DNA of 64,000 nt from Bilabrum cf. latius (Eukaryota). Location: contig OZ237747.1 in assembly GCA_965178125.1 (NCBI GenBank), forward strand, positions 186,001 through 250,000. Reading direction: 5' to 3'. The notes beneath the pieces were generated by a model, which was given only the letters and a program-made list of their open reading frames with translations, had not been told where the DNA came from and did not search any database. Positions 59,683-64,000 of this stretch are shown in pieces; the stretch's first letter is position 1; every line of letters begins with the position of its first letter. The translations under genes and the position numbers were made by a program.

Positions 59683-62661
59683 ATGACACATATTCGTCTG
59701 GGTCTTCAAGTTCTGTCGATATGTATTTTATCTGTTATTGTCTGTTCCTCTGAAATTGGATGTCGACACGCGTAGATTATTTTGAACGAATCCACGAATG
59801 GGGCAACCTACCGCCTAACATCACAAGGACTCGTCTGGTTGGATTCAACACGGTCTGGAATCCAAGCATATGTATATGGAAAATGGAGATCGTCTGCTGC
59901 CGGAAGCATGAACCCTGCTAGGCAACCAGCATGGACGAATGGCTCTGACGCAAACGGACATTATGTGCAACGCACGTTTTATTGGGGCGTACAGAACAGT
60001 AGTACAACCCTAGAGTTATCGTTTAGGGCATATGAGTGGCCTTTATGCGCCTTATTGCTCTCACAGTCGTGGAAAACCCCCCAAGTTGGTGTCGTGAACG
60101 GGACAAACAGCTTGCCGCCATGCACGAAGCCAGGAGCGAGCTGTCCAGCTGAGCCTAGCGTCGAGTTCCCTTCTTTCTCCGTACATAGTAGCTCATCCGT
60201 GACGCAGCAACTTGGATACCTCACCTGGTACGGGAATTAGATCACACAACACGCAGCCGGCCGCGGCCTCTCGCAGATCCCCGTCGCCACGCAGAGCGAG
60301 TCGGCAGGGTACGAGACAGGCCCGGTCGTGCTGCACGATGGATCCGGGATAGGGGCATCCATCGTGGTGGGCCCACTGACCCACCCTCTGGTGGCGGTGC
60401 AGTCGATTGGTCCGAGCCAGGCTACCGGCGCGAGCAAGAGCAAGAGCTACTACTAGACGGATGAGACTGCCGGTGAGTCTAGCCTGTGGCGGCACGGCAT
60501 CTCGGGGGAAGTACCGCGCCTGTTCGCCACCCCGTCCAGCGACAATGTGGCAGGCAAGCACCAGAAAGGTCAATTCTTCCACGCCACCGCCATCGTGCCA
60601 TCCCTGGACGGCGTCAGGGCAGCCACGAGAGCCTACGGACAGATGCTCCTGCGAGCCGCCGGCGCAGGGAACAAGGGGCCCGACCCTGCGGCGCAGTACC
60701 TGAGCGCGTGGACGGACCATGGGTCTAGCTACTACTTCTTCTAGTGGGAGAACCCGCTGTCGGATGGGCCGCCGGCAGATGTCGTCCTGGACTGGTGGCA
60801 GGAGCTGGGCGAAGGGGGAGCGGCTGCCATCAGCAAGAGACGGACGGCTGCCGCTGCACTGGCTGATGCACCAAATTACTCCTCCTCCTCCTCCCCCCCC
60901 TCCTCCTTTTCCTCCTCCTCGCCATCGTCAGAGTCAGCGACGCAGACGAGTGGGAGCACAACCCTTCGTGGACCTCGTTCCCCTTTCCGGTACATGCAAC
61001 TGGATGCGTGGTGGTACGCGACGGACGGCTTCAACGCTTGCATCCAGGATTTCTCTGGGCACCCCAAGTACTTTCCCGACGGGGGTGTGGGGGCGTTCTC
61101 CAAGCGACTGCAGGCGTGGGGGCTCTTCGAGAACCGATCCGTTCACCTGTACCACAACTACTTCTGCCCGAACAACAGCTACACGAGCAAGTACGGCTTC
61201 TTCGAATCTGACGACCCGCAGAAGGAGTACCTGCTGGTTCGAGGGAACGAGTCGAGAGCATTCTACGATGCTCTGTGGGCGCAGGGCATCGAGCAGGGCA
61301 TGCTCGGCACGGAGATCGACTACCTCTCAACCAGCTACCAGCTGCAGCCGGCGCTGCGAGAGAGCCTGACCAACGCACAGGACTGGCTCCAGGGGATGGC
61401 TGATGCGGCCCTGCATGCGGGCGTGCCCCTGCAGACCTGCATGATGCTGCCGAGGTATCTGCTGGCTACCGCTCACTTCCCCGCGGTGGCTGACGCCCGA
61501 GGCTCGCAGGACTTCTGGCAGGACCCGGTGCAGTACGAGTACAGATCGACCGGGAACCTGGTGCCCATCGGGTACTCGGCTCTGCTCTTGGATGCGCTGG
61601 GCCTGCGCGTGAGCAAAGACACGCTGTGGACCTCGTGGCCGCAGCCCATGCTCGGAGGCATGAACCAGACGCACCCGAACCCCCACATCCACGTGCCGGT
61701 GGCGGTGCTGTCTAGGGGGCCGGTGGGCGTCTCGGACGTCAAGGGGCACACCGACTTTGGCCTGCTGCTGGGCTGCTGTGCCGACGACGGCCGCATTCTC
61801 CAGCCCACCAGGGCGATTGCCTCGTCGCCCCGCACATTCGCGCAGCCCAAGTTCCCGGCCACAGACCCGCTCGCCGGCGTGGCTGGCTCGCTCGTGTGGT
61901 CCTCTAGCGCAGACGTACCGCCCCAAAGCAGGCATGGATCTAACGATTCCTCGAAATTAAAGAAGGAGCCGGCGTTTGATGAAGCCGCCGATGCAGCTGC
62001 TACTGGGGTGCTCCGCAGCCACCAGGTGCTTGGGTTCAACGTGACCAGCGGCCCATGGGAGCTGGACGGGACCCGCAATCCGGACGGATGGCCCTTGTCT
62101 CGGCACGACCTCTTCCCCGTGCCTGATGTGTCTGTGCCTCTCGTATGGAGGGCGTGGTAGCCGCAGGGACAGGCACGCGGCGCCGCACTGCCCGCTGCGA
62201 GCAGCACTGCGGCGTGCGTCGAGGGCGCGGTAATTGCCATCACGCATGGTGGTCGTGCTGGCGGGGAATCGTGTGCGTTTCTGTGGCCGGCAGGAGTGGA
62301 CACAGGGCCGACCATCTCGACCGGGACGGCCAACCGCACCACCGGCCGCATGGACGACGTGCTGGTGCACGTGCACGAGGCCACGGAGGGCTGGGTGCTG
62401 CTGGGCGAGCTGGACAAGTTTGTCCCCGCATCTCCTGATCGGGTCACTGGGTATTCCATCACAGCGTCAGGGTGTGGTACTACCACCGGTGCTTCCTTGC
62501 GCGCAGGAGCGGACAAGGTGCTGCGCGTGACGGTGCTAGGTTCGGAAGGAGAGGTTGTGAGGATGGTGGCGGCGGCGGCAGGTTCAGATGGGGCGTGGAC
62601 GGTGCGGGTGCGGCAAGTGACCTTGCCTGGCTCGGGCACTGCTGAGATTTGCTTTGAGTGA
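59683..62661 (+). CDS. Secreted glycoside-hydrolase-like (TIM-barrel) protein, about 992 aa
   Basis: One frame runs across 5 TAGs (59773, 60238, 60454, 60742, 62158). It has the signal peptide MTHIRLGLQVLSICILSVIVCSS and the motifs YLSAWTDHGSSYY, PFRYMQLDAWWY, WLQGMADAA..PLQTCM, ARGSQDF, AVLSRGPVGVSD, CCADDGRILQP and WVLLGELDKFVPASPDR. The last motifs recall the GH36/raffinose-synthase-like clan D fold. Confidence 0.7.
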
Positions 62662-63047
62662 CTCTGAAACCACCACGGTTGAGACAAACTGATGTGTCCA
62701 GCAAGATTTTTGGATCACTGAACGTACGCCACCGTGGACGGCAGGACGTTGCCATCCGGATGGAGGCGTTGCTTGCATTGCAATGAGCTCGCCTCTGATG
62801 CGGGCATCTCCACGCCTCTTCCGCCCTACATTGCTTCATGCCACCAGTGTAGCCCCGATCCTCTTGGCATCACTAGGGCCTACAGAGCGCAATACGCTCA
62901 GTGAGGCCGAGGATACCGGGGGGTATACCATACCGGGCACCTGACTCACCATCCACCATGCTTGCTCCCACCCACTGCCTTGCTGCCCCACCCCCTCGTC
63001 CCGTGACCCACTCACTCGGCCTGTCCCTCTCTTACTCGCGAACCCGT

Positions 63048-64000
63048 TCACTCGGGATCGGTCGGAATCCGCTTCCTGCGACGAACGCTCCCCGCCCGGC
63101 TGCCTGACTTCCGGCTGCTGCTGGCCCCGGGACCGTCGTTCGTCTGTCGCGGTGGGTCCTCGTCCTCCGTAGAGTCCTCAACCTTCGATGCATGGCCTAC
63201 GTTGGCGTCAGCCTTCTCCCCCTTCTTGCCGCCGAACGGAGGTGGAAGGAACCTCGCCACGATCTTGTCGTACGCGATGGCCCCGAACACGAGCACCACG
63301 CTAGCCCACTGGCTGCTCTTGAGGCCGTGCTTGAACTTGAGGTCCGAGACCACGATCGTCATGAATTTGCGGACCGTGGTGACCGTGGTGAGCAGGAGAG
63401 AGTCGAAGTAGTAGAGCATCGCGAACACGAAGAGCTGTCCGATGGCAGACGCGGCGCTGAAGATCAGCACTGCCTGCAGGACCTGCGGGTGATCCAGCAG
63501 GTACTTGGGGCCCTCGATCAGCTCTCCCTTGACTGCAAGCATCGCGATTGCCGCCAGGGCGCCGAACAAGTTCTGCACGGCCATCAGCTGGCGGTTGCTG
63601 CCAGCGTACTCCTTCAGCACTCGGTCCTGGTTGGGGCCCGTGTACATGTCGCACAGCAGAGAGCCAGCAAGCAAGGACATGCCAATGGCCTCCTGAAGAA
63701 CCGGGCTCATTCCATCCTCGCCTTCTTCTGGGTTTCCAGAGCCTGCCGCCTTCTTCTTCATGCGCAGGAGGTTGAAGGCGGCCACCCCAGCGGCCATCAG
63801 CACGACGCAGACGTACTTGTACGCTGGGTGCGTGCGTCCGTCAAATACTACCTGCCCAATCATGACTGGAATCATCTTGCAGCTCTTTCCTAGAGTTTGC
63901 ACGGGATAGCTCACATACTTGATGGCCTCGTTGGAGCACCACATTGCGAGCATGTACACGGCAGAAATCGGCGCGATCTCTGCGTAAGTGCGAGAATCGA
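63048..64000 (-). CDS. UAA-family nucleotide-sugar/ATP transporter (SLC35B1/HUT1-like), 5'-truncated by the window edge
   Basis: Motifs: CSNEAIKYVSYPVQTLGKSCKMIPVM, SLLCDMYTGPNQD, SAIGQLFVF and LLTTVTTVRKFMTIVVS. TGA at 63048-63050. Confidence 0.9.
   Translation of the reverse strand, partial: DSRTYAEIAPISAVYMLAMWCSNEAIKYVSYPVQTLGKSCKMIPVMIGQVVFDGRTHPAYKYVCVVLMAAGVAAFNLLRMKKKAAGSGNPEEGEDGMSPVLQEAIGMSLLAGSLLCDMYTGPNQDRVLKEYAGSNRQLMAVQNLFGALAAIAMLAVKGELIEGPKYLLDHPQVLQAVLIFSAASAIGQLFVFAMLYYFDSLLLTTVTTVRKFMTIVVSDLKFKHGLKSSQWASVVLVFGAIAYDKIVARFLPPPFGGKKGEKADANVGHASKVEDSTEDEDPPRQTNDGPGASSSRKSGSRAGSVRRRKRIPTDPE

Noticed and set aside
211-62661. Mass pseudogenisation or sequencing error as the cause of the in-frame stops
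   Set aside because: Interruptions are exclusively TAG on both strands, with no internal TAA or TGA and no frameshifts unexplained by GT-AG introns. Catalytic motifs are intact and TAG coincides with conserved Gln.
1-64000. Suppressor tRNA-Gln(CUA) or eRF1 gene within the window
   Set aside because: I could see no cloverleaf or eRF1 motifs by eye. The decoding machinery is presumably elsewhere in the genome.

Overview
This is gene-dense, GC-rich eukaryotic nuclear DNA from a protist-like organism, with short GT-AG spliceosomal introns near gene 5' ends. The main result is a non-standard nuclear genetic code. TAG is a sense codon for glutamine, while TGA (17 of 19 reconstructed gene ends) and TAA (2 of 19) still act as stops. 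By hand I count about 100 in-frame TAG codons inside otherwise intact genes, including TAG-TAG and TAG-TAG-TAG runs, and no in-frame TAA. TAG falls on conserved Gln positions: cysteine synthase WTN[Q]FDN, MetX-family [Q]RQAI, bZIP RNRRSA[Q], WDR54 GA[Q]FW and PhyH E[Q]AR[Q][Q]YEKDGY. Reading TAG as Gln joins the fragmented ORF track into about 20 genes. These are WDR54, UBA2, a secreted beta-helix protein, a PhyH dioxygenase, a 3,195-aa IQ-motif protein, GST, an FBXO9-like F-box protein, a bZIP factor, an acylated PP2C, cysteine synthase, RPS8, a tail-anchored coiled-coil protein, a MetX/Cys2-family acyltransferase, a 3,938-aa UBR1-like E3, a hybrid histidine kinase, a secreted glycoside-hydrolase-like protein, an SLC35B1-like transporter and orphans. 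A second notable result is that the UBR1-like ligase appears to have lost many of its zinc-binding Cys/His residues. All gene models, introns and counts were derived manually, and family calls rest on remembered motifs rather than database searches.
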